Shown in pieces: positions 63,173 to 63,337 of a stretch of 63,337 nucleotides of DNA. The DNA comes from an uncultured virus (IMG/VR IMGVR_UViG_3300044972_001024) (lineage: Duplodnaviria; Heunggongvirae; Uroviricota; Caudoviricetes), in IMG/VR virus record IMGVR_UViG_3300044972_001024, one strand, 5' to 3'. The translations under genes were made by a program, and so were the position numbers. Every line of letters starts with the position of its first letter. The first letter of the stretch is position 1. The notes beneath the pieces are model-generated. The model worked only from the letters and a program-made list of their open reading frames with translations. It did no database searches and had not been told where the DNA came from.

Positions 63173-63337
63173 GTAATAATTTTGCTCCTAATGTTGTGCG
63201 TGATGGATTGGTTATGTTGTTGGATGCTGCCAATCCAAAAAGCTATAATCCTGCGGAAAATTTATTACTATATAGCCAATCCTGGGCCACTAGTCCATGG
63301 GCAAACGCCAATTGTAATATTACATCTAGTCAACCAG
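63169..63337 (+). CDS. Third LamG-family paralog, truncated by window end
   Basis: ATGA overlap; MSNNFAPNVVRDGLVMLLDAANPKSYNPAENLLLYSQ.. Confidence 0.8.
   Translation, partial: MSNNFAPNVVRDGLVMLLDAANPKSYNPAENLLLYSQSWATSPWANANCNITSSQP

Noticed and set aside
1..63337. Alternative genetic code (stop-codon reassignment), or Cys-codon reassignment to explain Cys richness
   Set aside because: Core genes are full length in the standard code with dense packing; Cys codons appear at expected CxxC sites and are rare in core genes

Overview
AT-rich segment of a large, distantly T4-like tailed dsDNA phage (jumbo-myovirus-type gene set), covering virion morphogenesis. 1-14120 (- strand): baseplate cluster (gp6-, gp25-, gp5-, gp53-, gp48/54-like). 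14268-19229 (+): gp55-like late sigma factor, gp47/gp46 (Mre11/Rad50-like) nuclease and a Holliday-junction resolvase. Then a ~500-nt hairpin-dense non-coding stretch and a gp26/gp51-like chaperone pair apparently joined by a -1 frameshift. Two tandem paralogous tape-measure-like genes follow, carrying different peptidoglycan hydrolases (GH19 and M15C). Next is the head module (portal, protease, scaffold, major capsid) with an HNH homing endonuclease. The last ~29 kb encode giant modular fibre/adhesin proteins (collagen-like G-X-Y tracts, Cys-rich NTAIG beta-roll repeats, S74 chaperones), small chaperone-like paralogs and a tandem LamG lectin array. A (G/A/C)(A/C)TAA(A/G)TA late-promoter motif precedes most structural units, often 4-5 nt from the ATG. 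All product calls come from motif recognition and synteny; no database search was run.
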